Origin: Alphaproteobacteria bacterium
GTDB taxonomy: Bacteria > Pseudomonadota > Alphaproteobacteria > SP197
NCBI GenBank assembly: GCA_965215635.1
Contig: CBDCEA010000004.1
Coordinates: 731,157-795,156, forward strand
Reading direction: 5' to 3'
Length of the DNA: 64,000 nt
Shown: piece after piece, positions 9,107 to 19,509 of the stretch
How positions within the stretch are numbered: the stretch's first letter is position 1
How the letters are laid out: each line of letters opens with the position of its first letter
The notes under the pieces: model-generated
The model's input: the letters and a program-made list of their open reading frames with translations, nothing else
What the model was told of the DNA's origin: nothing
The model's database searches: none
Translations under genes and position numbers: made by a program

Positions 9107-10162
9107 ATGACCGGTCTTGTCCTCGACAATATCTCCAAGCGTTTCGGTTCTGTCATGGCCGTCACCGAAATCAATCTCGAGATTCCGGAGGGACGGTTCG
9201 TGTCGTTTCTCGGACCGTCGGGCTGCGGCAAGACAACACTCCTGCGCCTGATCGCCGGACTGGAAACGGCAACCTCCGGACGGGTTACGCTGGACGGCGA
9301 GGACCTGACCGACAAACCCACGCACGAGAGAAACATCGGCATGGTGTTCCAGTCCCTGGCACTGTTTCCCCATCTTTCGGTGGGCGAGAACATCACATAC
9401 TCCCAGAGGATACGCGGAATTGACAGGGCGACGCGGCGGTGCCGCGCCGAGGAGCTTCTCGAGCTGGTGCGGTTGCCGGGCGTCGCAGACCGCAATATCT
9501 CGCAGCTCTCCGGTGGCCAGAAGCAGCGTGTCGCCATCGCCCGGGCGCTCAATCTGGAGCCGAAGCTGTTTTTGCTCGACGAACCGCTCTCCGCACTCGA
9601 TGCCAAATTGAGGGAGGACATGCAGGTCGAGCTGCGCATGCTTCAGGAGCGCCTTGCCATCACCACGGTCGTCGTGACCCACGACCAGCGTGAAGCGATG
9701 ACGATGTCGGACGAAGTGGTGGTCATGTCGACGGCGCGCATCCAGCAGATGGGGCCGCCCCTTGAGATCTACCGGAATCCGGCCTCGGCATTCGTCGCCG
9801 AGTTCATCGGCACCAGCAATCTCATCAGGGGACGTCTTGGAGGTCGTTCCTCGGTCCTTATCGGTAAACGGGAATTCCGGACTTCCGGGGTTCCCGATCA
9901 GCTTGGAGCAGGGTCCAGTGTCGTGGTCTCGATCCGGCCTGAAGAGGTCCATGTCTTCCCCGAGAGCCACGATGGCGAGAACCAGCTCGATGGCATCGTC
10001 ACCTTCGTGCGCGATGTGGGTGCCAGTGTCGAGACCTTCGTCGACTGCGACGGCCTTCAGGTCATCGCCATGGCCACGCCGAAGGACCGGCCGGACGTTC
10101 ACAAGGGTGAAAGGGTCAAGGTCGAACTGCCGTTGGAAAGCTGCGTGGTGCTCAAGGCATGA
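9107..10162 (+). CDS. ABC transporter ATP-binding protein (PotA-like, polyamine/amine-type importer)
   Basis: It has Walker A GPSGCGKTT, the signature LSGGQKQRVAIARAL, Walker B LFLLDEPLSALD, and a C-terminal TOBE-like domain. Confidence 0.9.
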   Translation: MTGLVLDNISKRFGSVMAVTEINLEIPEGRFVSFLGPSGCGKTTLLRLIAGLETATSGRVTLDGEDLTDKPTHERNIGMVFQSLALFPHLSVGENITYSQRIRGIDRATRRCRAEELLELVRLPGVADRNISQLSGGQKQRVAIARALNLEPKLFLLDEPLSALDAKLREDMQVELRMLQERLAITTVVVTHDQREAMTMSDEVVVMSTARIQQMGPPLEIYRNPASAFVAEFIGTSNLIRGRLGGRSSVLIGKREFRTSGVPDQLGAGSSVVVSIRPEEVHVFPESHDGENQLDGIVTFVRDVGASVETFVDCDGLQVIAMATPKDRPDVHKGERVKVELPLESCVVLKA

Positions 10163-11073
10163 GTGAAGCCGCTCCTGTTCATGAGAACGGGGACGTCCGC
10201 GGCTCGGCGTGGAAGAAAGAGTTCCTCCTGCCGTTGAGGCGCTTTCCGATCAGTCTCTATCCGACCCTGATGATCGGCATCTTCTTCCTGATTCCGTTCG
10301 GCATCATGTTCGTGGTGAGTTTCGCCACCCGCACCCAGTCGACCTATGAAGCCGGCTTCGAATTTACCCACTACGCCCGGTTCTTCTCGCCGCTCTTCAC
10401 CACGCACCTGTGGGTGTCGGTGCAGTTTTCCGTACTGGCGAGCCTCCTGTCGATCATGGCGGCCGTTCCCTTTACCTACTTCATCAGCCGGTTCCGTCGC
10501 CGTCCCCAGGTCGTGGCTCTCGTCTTCATTCTGAGCGTGCTGACTCTTTCGGAGGTGATCGTCGCCTATTCACTTTCAGTCGTGATGAGCCGGTCGAGCG
10601 GCTTTCCCAGCCTCGCTGAATGGCTCGGGCTCGTCGAACGGGCACGCTCATGGTATCCCGGCTACCTGTCGAATCTTTTCGGCCTGAGCTTCTTCAACAT
10701 TCCGTTTGCAGTGCTCATTCTCTATCCGGCCTGCACCCGGCTGGACCGGGAACTGACGGAGGCCGCCCAGACCATGGGCGCCTCGCCCGTCAAGAGCTTC
10801 GCGACCATCGTCCTTCCCCTCCTCGACCGGACGATTGTCGCAGCCTTCGTGCTGCTTTTCGTGTTCACCATGGGCGCCTTCGTCACACCCACCTGGCTCG
10901 GCCGTCCCGAGGACACAATGATGGCGCAGCTGATCGCCAATCAGGCGCTGTCCCGCGGCAACATTCCCTTTGCGGCCGCACTTTCCATGTTCTTCATGGT
11001 GGTCACACTGGTTCTCAGCATTGTCACTGTGCGGCTGAGGCGCAACGACCAGACGACACGGGGCTCATCATGA
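10159..11073 (+). CDS. ABC transporter permease (PotB-like)
   Basis: The 304-aa multi-TM ORF carries an EAA-type loop (LTEAAQTMGASPVKSFATIVLPLL). Its start overlaps the ATPase stop. Confidence 0.85.
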   Translation: MSEAAPVHENGDVRGSAWKKEFLLPLRRFPISLYPTLMIGIFFLIPFGIMFVVSFATRTQSTYEAGFEFTHYARFFSPLFTTHLWVSVQFSVLASLLSIMAAVPFTYFISRFRRRPQVVALVFILSVLTLSEVIVAYSLSVVMSRSSGFPSLAEWLGLVERARSWYPGYLSNLFGLSFFNIPFAVLILYPACTRLDRELTEAAQTMGASPVKSFATIVLPLLDRTIVAAFVLLFVFTMGAFVTPTWLGRPEDTMMAQLIANQALSRGNIPFAAALSMFFMVVTLVLSIVTVRLRRNDQTTRGSS

Positions 11074-11867
11074 CCCGCTGGGGCAAACTCGTTTTCCTCG
11101 TGGTCATGTTCGGCATGCTCGCCGCACCGCTGCTGATCGTCGCAGGCGTGTCGCTCAACGCCAAGAAGCTCATGTTCTTTCCGCCCAGGGGCCTGTCGCT
11201 CCAGTGGTATCCGGCGGTGTTCGAAACCAACAAGTGGCTCGAGGCCCTGTCATCGAGCGTGGCGATTGCGGTGGTCTCCGCCGTCATCGCTATCTCGATC
11301 GCCCTGCCGACGGCGTACTTCCTGTGGCGTTACAAGGTGTTCTATGCCAAGGCCCTGTTCCTCGCAGGGATCGTCCCGTTCGCGCTGCCGCCGGTCATCA
11401 CCGCGCTCGGCATGCTGATCTTCTGGGGACAGATCGGTTATGTCGGCCAGATCTGGAACATCATGATCGGCCATGGTGTGTTCCTCGTCACGCTGCCCCT
11501 GGTCATGATCTCGCTGGGCCTCGAATCGATCGACGAGGAGCTTCTCGAGGCGGCGCGAACAATGGGTGCGGATTCACGGCGCATGTTCACGACGATCATC
11601 TTCCCGATGATCCTGCCGTACATGATTGCCGGATACGCATTCGTCGTCGTGCTCTCGATGAACGAATACATCATCTCGTATTTTCTCGGGCAACACGCCA
11701 CCATCACGCTGCCGGTCCAGCTTCTCGCCAGCCTGAGGTCCGGCTACACGCCAATCATCGCCGCTGTTTCGGTCATGTTCATCCTGTTCGCCGTCGTGGT
11801 CTTCAGCCTTGTCGCCCGGTTCGGTGATCTTCCCAAGCTGCTCGGCGCCTGGATGCCCAAGGACTGA
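11070..11867 (+). CDS. ABC transporter permease (PotC-like)
   Basis: The ATG at 11070 overlaps the previous stop (ATGA). The product starts MTRWGKLVFLVVMFGMLAAPLL and has the EAA loop LLEAARTMGADSRRMFTTIIFPMILP. Confidence 0.85.
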   Translation: MTRWGKLVFLVVMFGMLAAPLLIVAGVSLNAKKLMFFPPRGLSLQWYPAVFETNKWLEALSSSVAIAVVSAVIAISIALPTAYFLWRYKVFYAKALFLAGIVPFALPPVITALGMLIFWGQIGYVGQIWNIMIGHGVFLVTLPLVMISLGLESIDEELLEAARTMGADSRRMFTTIIFPMILPYMIAGYAFVVVLSMNEYIISYFLGQHATITLPVQLLASLRSGYTPIIAAVSVMFILFAVVVFSLVARFGDLPKLLGAWMPKD

Positions 11868-11872
11868 AGGCC

Positions 11873-12532
11873 TTGTACATCCTCTACGGCGGCAGCGTGA
11901 CACGGGCCCTGGCACCGCAGATGGTGCTGGAGGAGTGCTCGCTGCCATACGAACTGCGCGAAGTCGATATCGCCTCGGGCGAACACCGCGGCGATGCCTT
12001 CCGGCAACTCAATCCTGCGGGCTATGTACCCGCGCTTGTGACGCCTGACGGCGGCGTGCTGCATGAAGCCGCCGCCATCATGCTCTGGCTCGCGGACAGG
12101 CACGGTCTGGAGACCATGGCACCAGCGCCCAACGATCCGCTTCGCGGCATCTTCCTTTCCAAGTTGTTCTACTTCACCAACGACGTGCAGCCCTCGCTCA
12201 AGCACTGCTACTATCCCTGGCGCTGGGCCTTGAGAGACAGCGACACCGAGGCATTCAGGGCCCATTCGAAGGCGATGGCGCGGGAACGCTGGCAGGTGCT
12301 CGATGACTGGCTGGAGGTGAACGGCCCCTACCACCTCGGTGACCGTTTCAGCCTGCTGGACCTCCACCTTGCCATGTGGGCCTGCTACGGCCTGGAGACC
12401 CCCTGCGATCTCCTCGAGGACATGCCCGCAAGCAGGCGCCTTTTCGATCTGGTCCTCGCTCGTCCGGTTTCCGGTCCCATGCTCGAAGGTCTCATCCAGA
12501 CCCTGGGGACCTGGCGCGGCGAACATCGCTGA
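11873..12532 (+). CDS. glutathione S-transferase family protein
   Basis: The 219-aa ORF (TTG start per the ORF track) has an N-terminal thioredoxin-like GST block (FRQLNPAGYVPALVTPDGGVLHEAAAIMLWLAD). Confidence 0.7.
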   Translation: MYILYGGSVTRALAPQMVLEECSLPYELREVDIASGEHRGDAFRQLNPAGYVPALVTPDGGVLHEAAAIMLWLADRHGLETMAPAPNDPLRGIFLSKLFYFTNDVQPSLKHCYYPWRWALRDSDTEAFRAHSKAMARERWQVLDDWLEVNGPYHLGDRFSLLDLHLAMWACYGLETPCDLLEDMPASRRLFDLVLARPVSGPMLEGLIQTLGTWRGEHR

Positions 12533-12540
12533 AGCCCGGC

Positions 12541-13545
12541 CTATCCCCAGATATCGCGAACGGCCCTCAGGAAGTTTTCGCCGAGAACCTTGCGGATGTC
12601 CGCTTCCGCCCATCCCTCGTCGATCAGGCGTTCGGTGATGCGCGCGAGATCGCCATGGCTTGCGCAGTCCGAAAGATAGCGATTCTCGATACGGTTGCTG
12701 AAAGCTTTCGCATAAGCCCCTATCGCAGCTGGATAATTTCCCAATGTGAATTCCGTGATGTGACGGACGGAGCCGAGATCGGCCACCGCCGGCAGATCCG
12801 TGCCGAGTCCCACATGATCGATTCCCGCCAGCGCAACCGCATGCTCGATGTGCCGCATGAAGTCATCGAGTGACGGATGCCGGGAGGAGTCGCCGTCCCA
12901 GCACATCGGTCCGTAGATGCTGATGCCGATGACACCGCCCGTGGCGGCGATGGCCCGGATCGCATCGTCGGACTTGTTGCGCAATGCCGGAGTGACCGAC
13001 CGTGCGTTGGCATGGGTCGCCAGGACCGGTCTTGACGACGCCTCGGCCGCCTCGATCGACGTGCGCTGTCCGACATGGGAGAGATCGATCGCCATGCCGA
13101 GCATGTTCATCATGCCGACGGCCTCGCGGCCAAGGGTTGTGAGGCCTCCATCCTCCGTCTCGAGGCAACCGTCTCCCAGAAGATTGCGCCCGTTGTAGGT
13201 AAGCTGGGCGACCCGCAGGCCAAGGTCATGGAAAAGAACCAGGCGGTCGAGGTTGTCGGCGACAGGACGCAAGTTCTGCCATCCCATGATCAGGCCGGTC
13301 ACACCGTCGGCGTGGCAGGCTTCAATGTCGCCGGCTCTCCTCACCAGGCGCCAGCCCTGATCCGATTGCCTGAGCACGGCAAGCCAGCGTGCCATGCCGT
13401 CGAGTGCCTCCTCGAAATCGGCCTCGAAATGGCTGACGGTCATGTTGACCGCCGTGATCGAGGCGTTCTTCAGGACACCGGGGTCCCCGTCGCCATGAAA
13501 GTTCAGGCCGTCGATGATGAGGGCACGGTCATGAAGGCTCTTCAT
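12541..13545 (-). CDS. membrane dipeptidase (peptidase family M19)
   Basis: The 334-aa ORF has M19 blocks (LIIDGLNF, AQLTYNGRNLLGDGC, AIDLSHVG, PVLATHANARS, VGLGTDL). Confidence 0.85.
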   Translation of the reverse strand: MKSLHDRALIIDGLNFHGDGDPGVLKNASITAVNMTVSHFEADFEEALDGMARWLAVLRQSDQGWRLVRRAGDIEACHADGVTGLIMGWQNLRPVADNLDRLVLFHDLGLRVAQLTYNGRNLLGDGCLETEDGGLTTLGREAVGMMNMLGMAIDLSHVGQRTSIEAAEASSRPVLATHANARSVTPALRNKSDDAIRAIAATGGVIGISIYGPMCWDGDSSRHPSLDDFMRHIEHAVALAGIDHVGLGTDLPAVADLGSVRHITEFTLGNYPAAIGAYAKAFSNRIENRYLSDCASHGDLARITERLIDEGWAEADIRKVLGENFLRAVRDIWG

Positions 13546-14570
13546 AAGGGCTCCCCTTGCAGGAAATGCGGCATGACGTCTCGCGCGAACCTCTCCATGG
13601 ATGCCATGACATCTCGATGGCTGGCGCCGAACGCCATGTTGACCAGAAGGTCCATGATATCGAGATCCCTGTAGGCAGCGAGCTTGTCGATCACCTCCCC
13701 AGCTGTTCCGATCGGCAGGGCATCGGCCACATCGTCCATCGATTCGGCGACGTCCAAGGGCACGATCGCACCATTGTCGACCGTGCCCGGCGTGTCGAAG
13801 ACATTACAGAACCTTCTGTGATTCTCGTAGGCCATGGAGATCTTCTCCCGCCGATCAGCCTCGTCTCTTGCGACATAGAGCATGCGCAGCATGGAGAACC
13901 TTGAAGCGTCACACCTGCCGCTGGCATCCCGGAGCGCGTCGTGAAACGCTCTTGCCTGCGTCTCCACCGTCTCCATACCGCCTCTCAGGGGCGTCGTCTG
14001 GATGTGGTAGCCCCGCAGGACCGAATGGTAGATCGCCTGATAGCCCAGCGCCGCGATCCAGATGGGTATCGGCTTCTGGACCGGGTGCGGCGTGATGGCG
14101 ACCGGTTCGAAATCGTACCATCTGCTCTTCCAGCCCGTCTCCTTTCCGGTCAGCAGCCGTTCGAGAAGCGCCAGGGCATCATCGAAGCGTTCCCGGCTTT
14201 CTTCCTGCGGCACCCCGAACTTCCGGAACTCGTAGGCGAAGGCCCCGCGCCCGACACCGAGTTCCAGCCTGCCGTCCATCAGGCAGTCCGCCTGGCAGAT
14301 CTCGCCGGCAAGACGGCGCATATCGTAGAAGGGAAGGACGAGCACGGAGGTGATGATCCTGATCGAGCGGGTCCGGGACGCCACCTTGACCGCCGTCAGC
14401 AGCGGCTGCGGATGGGTGAGATAGTTGATGAAGTGATGTTCGGGAATGCACAACGTGTCGAAGCCCAGCGCCTCCGCAAGCGCGCCCTCCTCGACTGCGT
14501 CCTCGTAGAGGCGTCGCGCCGGATAGCCGAGATCCGGCCAGTAGCACGGAAGATAGAAACTGAATCGCAT
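13542..14570 (-). CDS. LLM-class flavin-dependent oxidoreductase (luciferase-like monooxygenase)
   Basis: The 342-aa ORF starts MRFSFYLPCYWPD...AEALGFDTLCIPEHHF, typical of the family. Its stop overlaps the dipeptidase start. Confidence 0.85.
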   Translation of the reverse strand: MRFSFYLPCYWPDLGYPARRLYEDAVEEGALAEALGFDTLCIPEHHFINYLTHPQPLLTAVKVASRTRSIRIITSVLVLPFYDMRRLAGEICQADCLMDGRLELGVGRGAFAYEFRKFGVPQEESRERFDDALALLERLLTGKETGWKSRWYDFEPVAITPHPVQKPIPIWIAALGYQAIYHSVLRGYHIQTTPLRGGMETVETQARAFHDALRDASGRCDASRFSMLRMLYVARDEADRREKISMAYENHRRFCNVFDTPGTVDNGAIVPLDVAESMDDVADALPIGTAGEVIDKLAAYRDLDIMDLLVNMAFGASHRDVMASMERFARDVMPHFLQGEPL

Positions 14571-14672
14571 GAGGCAGGCCCTGCACCATTCGGCATCTTG
14601 GAGAAGTCACGGAAAATTGTTACCGTCACAAACATGAGAATACCTGGTTAACCAAATCAAGGGGGGGAAACG

Positions 14673-15839
14673 ATGACCACGCATATGGATATCGAGGAAT
14701 TCCGTTCACGTCTTGCCAACCGGGACATCTCGCGGCGGGACATCCACAAGGTCCTGGCCTCGGCCGGAATTGCGACGATCGCAATCCCGGTCGTCGGAAG
14801 TCATGCGCAGGAGGAAGATGCAGAGCAAGGCGTCCTGGAAACCGACGACGATCTCATGGTGTTCACCTGGGCGGGTTACGACCTCCCGGAATTGCACACC
14901 AGCTACATTGACAAGCATGGTGTGACCCCCGCGTTTTCACTGTGGGGCGAGGAAGAAGAGGGATTCCAGAAGATGCGCGCCGGCTTCCAGCCCGACATCG
15001 CCTGGCCATGCACCTACAGCCTGCGGCGCTGGCACGATGCAGGCCTGCTTGAGCCGCTGGACACCTCACGTCTTGAACATTGGGGCGACGTGTTTCCCAG
15101 TCTCAAGACGATCGAGGGAGGCATCATCGATGGCAACGAAGTGTTCCTGCCCGTAGACTGGGGCAACAGTTCCGTGCTGTTCCGGCCTGACCTTGCTCCG
15201 GAGTATGCCGGAGCCGAGAACCATTCCTGGATGATCCTCTTCGACGAGAAGTACGCCGGCCGTCTGGGGATCTACGATTCGGTGGACGGAGTATTCGGTG
15301 TCGTGGGTGCGGTCATCGGTGCCGAGAATCCCTTCGACATGACCGATGAGGAACTGGCCGAAGCAACCGAATGGATGCGCAAGCAGCGCGACGTCCTGCG
15401 CTGGTACTGGACCGATATCACAGCCGTTGAACAGGGCCTCGCTTCGGGTGAACTGGTAGCTTCCTATTCCTGGAACAGTTCCGTTCTCGAACTCAAGAGG
15501 CAGGGTATCCCCGTCGAGTTCATGAATCCGAAGGAAGGCATCTATACCTGGGTGTGCGGAGCGGTACACATCTCCTCCGGCGACGGGTCCGACGACAAGG
15601 CCTATGATTTCCTGAATGCCGTATCCTCACCCGAAACCGGAAACTACATCATCACGCAGTACGGCTACGGCCATTCGAACCAGAAGGCCTTCGAAACGGT
15701 GGACCAGGAAACCCTCGACAATCTGGGGATCTCCGATCCTGTCGCCTTCATGGCGGGAAGCAGGTATTTCTCCGAGATACCTGCGGCAACGCGCGAGAAG
15801 TACATTCAGCTGTTCGACGAAATCAAGGCGGGATTCTGA
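14673..15839 (+). CDS. ABC transporter periplasmic substrate-binding protein (PotD/PotF-like) with Tat-type signal
   Basis: The 388-aa ORF has a twin-arginine-like leader (DISRRDIHKVLASAGIATIAIPVVGSHAQ) and sits in the same locus as the PotABC-like genes. Confidence 0.8.
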   Translation: MTTHMDIEEFRSRLANRDISRRDIHKVLASAGIATIAIPVVGSHAQEEDAEQGVLETDDDLMVFTWAGYDLPELHTSYIDKHGVTPAFSLWGEEEEGFQKMRAGFQPDIAWPCTYSLRRWHDAGLLEPLDTSRLEHWGDVFPSLKTIEGGIIDGNEVFLPVDWGNSSVLFRPDLAPEYAGAENHSWMILFDEKYAGRLGIYDSVDGVFGVVGAVIGAENPFDMTDEELAEATEWMRKQRDVLRWYWTDITAVEQGLASGELVASYSWNSSVLELKRQGIPVEFMNPKEGIYTWVCGAVHISSGDGSDDKAYDFLNAVSSPETGNYIITQYGYGHSNQKAFETVDQETLDNLGISDPVAFMAGSRYFSEIPAATREKYIQLFDEIKAGF

Positions 15840-15857
15840 GCCCCTTCCTTCGTGTCG

Positions 15858-15886
15858 GCGGAGCGGGCCAGTCCGGCCCGCTCCGC
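15858..15886 (+). terminator. GC-rich hairpin downstream of the binding-protein gene (possible intrinsic terminator)
   Basis: A perfect 12-bp stem GCGGAGCGGGCC / GGCCCGCTCCGC with a 5-nt loop lies 19 nt after the stop at 15839. There is no clear U-tract. Confidence 0.35.
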
Positions 15887-15913
15887 ATGTTCCCGCCTCC
15901 GTGAGATAGCGAC

Positions 15914-17527
15914 ATGCCGCAGAAAGACCCGCGCAATGAGCAGAGCGTGGGACGGATCTTGGGCGGACGGGCACGTGCGACACCGGACGCCATCTTCATC
16001 CTTTCGGACCGGCGCACACTGAACTATGGCGAGGCGGACCTCGAATCAAACCGCCTTGCCAACGGCGCCGCGGCGCTCGGCATCGCCCGGGAGAGCGCCG
16101 TTCTGGTGATGATGCCCAATGTCGTGGAGTTCATTGTCATCTGGCTGGGACTCGGCAAGCTCGGGGCCATTCAAGTGCCGGTCAACACCGCTTATCGCGG
16201 CAGCCTTCTGACCCACGTCATCAACGATTCCGCCTCGTCAACGATGATCGTGGCGGCGGAGTATCTCGAACGGATAGCCGAGGTGGCACCGGACCTCGAC
16301 CATCTCGAACGCCTGATCGTCTTCGACACGGAATGCGGTGCGCCGGACCTTCCCGGCGCGCTCGCCCGACTTGAACGGTTCGACTTCGGCGTTCTTCTCG
16401 ATGCTGACGATGCGCCCCTCGAGGACCTTCCTCGCCATCATGACCTCAAGGCCGTGATGTACACGTCCGGCACGACGGGACCGTCCAAGGGGGTCATGAT
16501 CTCCCACAGGCATGCCTACACCTATGCCCACGGCAATTTCGAGCTCATGGACCTGAAGCCCGGTGATGTCTTCTACGCGCCGTTACCCCTGTTCCACATC
16601 GCCGGGCAGTGGGCCATGTGCTACTCGTCGATGATCGCCGGCTCGGCAGCGGTCGTGACGGAAAGGTTCAGTGTCGAGCGTTTCTGGGACGATGCCAGAC
16701 GCTTTGGTGCAACGGTCAGCTTCTTCCTGGGAGCCATGGCGAATTTTCTGGCGCGGCAACCTCCCCGTCCGGACGATATCGACGTCCCGGTCGAGCGCGC
16801 GCTTGTCGTTCCGATGTTCCCGGATGCCCATGACTTCGCCAGGCGTTTCGGTATGAGAATCAAGACGACCTACGGTTCAACGGAGACCTGCGCCCCTCAC
16901 CGCATGGAGTGGGACAATCCGAACTGGAGAACCTGCGGCAGGCTGCTCGACGAGTACTATGAGGCGCGAATTGTCGACCAGAACGACGAGGAGGTCCCCG
17001 ACGGCACCGTCGGGGAGTTCGTCATTCGCGGCAAGGAGCCCTGGCTTCTCATGTCCGGCTACTGGAGGCACCCGGAATGGACCGAAAAGGCATGGTCCAA
17101 CCTGTGGCTCCACTCCGGCGATGCCATGTGGAGGGATGGCGACGGCTGCTACTATTTCGCGGACCGCATGAAGGACTCGATCCGGCGCCGTGGCGAGAAC
17201 ATTTCCTCTCTCGAGGTAGAAAACGAGATCAATCTCCATCCCGATGTCATCGAGTCCGCCGTCTTTCCCGTGCCGAGCGAGTACACCGAGGACGAGGTCA
17301 TGGCAGCCGTCGTAGGAAGGCCCGGAAGCACCCTCGATCCCGAATCGCTGATCCGCTTCGTCGAATCGAGGATGGCCTGGTTCATGGTCCCGCGTTTCAT
17401 CGATGTGGTGGACTCCCTGCCGAAGACCCCGACGGGCAAGATCAGGAAGTTCACCCTGCGCGAGATGGGTGTGACATCCGTCACCTGGGACCGGGAGAAG
17501 GCCGGTATCCTCCTGAAACGCCCGTGA
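15914..17527 (+). CDS. AMP-dependent acyl-CoA synthetase/ligase
   Basis: The 537-aa ORF has the AMP-binding motif MYTSGTTGPSKGV, YGSTE, and a C-terminal PKTPTGKIRK. Confidence 0.9.
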   Translation: MPQKDPRNEQSVGRILGGRARATPDAIFILSDRRTLNYGEADLESNRLANGAAALGIARESAVLVMMPNVVEFIVIWLGLGKLGAIQVPVNTAYRGSLLTHVINDSASSTMIVAAEYLERIAEVAPDLDHLERLIVFDTECGAPDLPGALARLERFDFGVLLDADDAPLEDLPRHHDLKAVMYTSGTTGPSKGVMISHRHAYTYAHGNFELMDLKPGDVFYAPLPLFHIAGQWAMCYSSMIAGSAAVVTERFSVERFWDDARRFGATVSFFLGAMANFLARQPPRPDDIDVPVERALVVPMFPDAHDFARRFGMRIKTTYGSTETCAPHRMEWDNPNWRTCGRLLDEYYEARIVDQNDEEVPDGTVGEFVIRGKEPWLLMSGYWRHPEWTEKAWSNLWLHSGDAMWRDGDGCYYFADRMKDSIRRRGENISSLEVENEINLHPDVIESAVFPVPSEYTEDEVMAAVVGRPGSTLDPESLIRFVESRMAWFMVPRFIDVVDSLPKTPTGKIRKFTLREMGVTSVTWDREKAGILLKRP

Positions 17528-18393
17528 CCACCGAACGCCCCCTCACCCAGGACGAGATCGCCCGCTATCACCGGAATGGCTATGTCATCCTGCCGGCGTT
17601 TCTGTCAGCAGAAGAGCTCGCGCCGCTGAAGCAGGCGATCGAAGAGGATCCCGGCATTCGCGGACGCCTTGCCACGATTCACGACGGCAGCGAGACGACG
17701 CTGCACGACTATCTCGGCTGGGTACGCCATGGCGACGACTGGCTCGGCACCGCCACACGTCTTGCCCGGATCGTCGAAAGCGCGGCGACGCTCATCGGCG
17801 AGCCCGTCTACCACTACCACTCGAAGATCGTGCAGAAGCCTGCCGCGCGCAGCGGCCAGGTGGTCTGGCACCAGGATTTCGGCGGCTGGTACCAGGACGG
17901 CTGCCTGATGCCGGACATGCTGACCTGCATCGTGGCCCTCACCAGTGCGACCGAGGAAAGCGGGTGTCTTCACATGCTGAAGGGTTCGCACCTCATGGGG
18001 AGGGTCGACCGCATCCGCGACGAACACGCCTATGCCAATATTCACCCCTTGCGCACCGACGCCATGCTGGAGCGCTTCGAGCGTGTCGCCATCGAACTCG
18101 AATCCGGCGACGGCCTTTTCTTCCACGGCAACACGGTGCATGCCTCCGGCAACAACCGGGCCTCATGGAACCGCGTCCTTCTCGAATTCTCCTACAACGG
18201 GATCAGCAACGCGCCTGTGTTCCCGGGACAGGATCACCATGCGGTGAAGCCATTGGAGATTGCGCCGGACAATTCGCTCAGACGCGGCACATGGTCAGGC
18301 GTCTTCGACTCGACGCCGCTGTGCGATCTCAATGACCCGCAAGACGAGGGCTACACGATCTTCGTGCGCGACCGCTTCCCCGATCTCAACTGA
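17524..18393 (+). CDS. phytanoyl-CoA dioxygenase (PhyH) family Fe(II)/2-oxoglutarate oxygenase
   Basis: The GTG start at 17524 overlaps the ligase stop (GTGA). Diagnostic blocks are YHRNGYVILPAFL, VVWHQDFGGW and LFFHGNTVHASGNN (the H-x-D...H facial triad). Confidence 0.8.
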   Translation: MTTERPLTQDEIARYHRNGYVILPAFLSAEELAPLKQAIEEDPGIRGRLATIHDGSETTLHDYLGWVRHGDDWLGTATRLARIVESAATLIGEPVYHYHSKIVQKPAARSGQVVWHQDFGGWYQDGCLMPDMLTCIVALTSATEESGCLHMLKGSHLMGRVDRIRDEHAYANIHPLRTDAMLERFERVAIELESGDGLFFHGNTVHASGNNRASWNRVLLEFSYNGISNAPVFPGQDHHAVKPLEIAPDNSLRRGTWSGVFDSTPLCDLNDPQDEGYTIFVRDRFPDLN

Positions 18394-18400
18394 ACGGCTT

Positions 18401-19294
18401 TCAGGCGACTCTGACGTTGGCGCCGGCAATCGGTCTCGCGGCGCCATCGGCATAGAGATCGCTGCCGCCCGAGGAAAGTTCCTGGTAGCCGTGAATGACG
18501 TCGTAGGGATCCTGGAAGTCCTGGACCCACCCCAGGAACGGCTTGTGGAGGTTGAAACCGAGCAACCGTGCCAGTTTCTCGGGCATCTGCCTCACCTCCT
18601 CCGGCGTGACTGAGAGATACCAGTTCTGCTCCTGGCGCAGCCATCCGAGCGTGAAGCCCGTGAACATGCCGATGCGCCAGAAATCCGGGGTCAGGTTGCG
18701 CCCGCCGCCGTGATAGACGCCGCCGCTGAAGGCGCAGAACGAGCCCTTCGACATGACCGCACCGGTGGTCTCCTCGTCCTTGGGAACCCTTGTGTCATCC
18801 CATCTGTGGCTGCCGGGAATGATCCGGGTCGCGCCGTTTTCTTCCGTGAAGTCTGTCAGGGCCCAGAATGCGGTGCAGGTCGCATTGCGCTCCGACGGAT
18901 GGGCAAGGGGATAGAGAAGATCGTCGCGGTGGAGTGGCTGCGGTGTCTCGTCCGGCCCGATCGCCGTGATCGAGTTTGAATTCAGTTGATAGCTGTCGCA
19001 CCACGGCAGGAGCGTCAGATCCATGATATCGAGAATCCTGTCGTGGAGAACGAAGTCCTGGATGCTTAGCGACTTGCCGAACAGGGAATGCAGACGCTTC
19101 GTTTGGTAGCCGACGAAATCGCCGCTCCCGCAGGGCTTGCGCTTGAGGTAGGGTTCGAGATCCTCGAGAAGGGCATCGATCGTGCCGTGATCGATGGCAT
19201 CCCGCACGATGATGCAGCCATCGCGTTCGAGGATCGCCCCGACGGAGTCAAGAGGCGTATCGGGGTCGACTGTCTGGATACCGGTCGAACTCAT
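18401..19294 (-). CDS. phytanoyl-CoA dioxygenase (PhyH) family protein
   Basis: The internal ATG at 19294 (MSSTGIQTVDP) is preferred over the ORF-track start at 19342. Diagnostic blocks are GCIIVRDAI, QPLHRDD, GATRIIPGSH and GGVYHGGGRN. Confidence 0.8.
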   Translation of the reverse strand: MSSTGIQTVDPDTPLDSVGAILERDGCIIVRDAIDHGTIDALLEDLEPYLKRKPCGSGDFVGYQTKRLHSLFGKSLSIQDFVLHDRILDIMDLTLLPWCDSYQLNSNSITAIGPDETPQPLHRDDLLYPLAHPSERNATCTAFWALTDFTEENGATRIIPGSHRWDDTRVPKDEETTGAVMSKGSFCAFSGGVYHGGGRNLTPDFWRIGMFTGFTLGWLRQEQNWYLSVTPEEVRQMPEKLARLLGFNLHKPFLGWVQDFQDPYDVIHGYQELSSGGSDLYADGAARPIAGANVRVA

Positions 19295-19509
19295 TTTGTC
19301 CTCCCTCGTTGACCTTCTTTCGGTGCAACACGATACCGCCATCCGGATCGAAGCACCACGGACGATCCGGTTGAAGAATCCGGCATGGGTTCATTAGAGT
19401 GCAGGGGGGAAACGGCGGGACATCCATCGCTCCCGATCCTGGCACCCCATACCCTTGAGGCCCCTTGTCGACCGCCTCTTCGGGTAATCCTGAACGTTGC
19501 AGCAGAAGG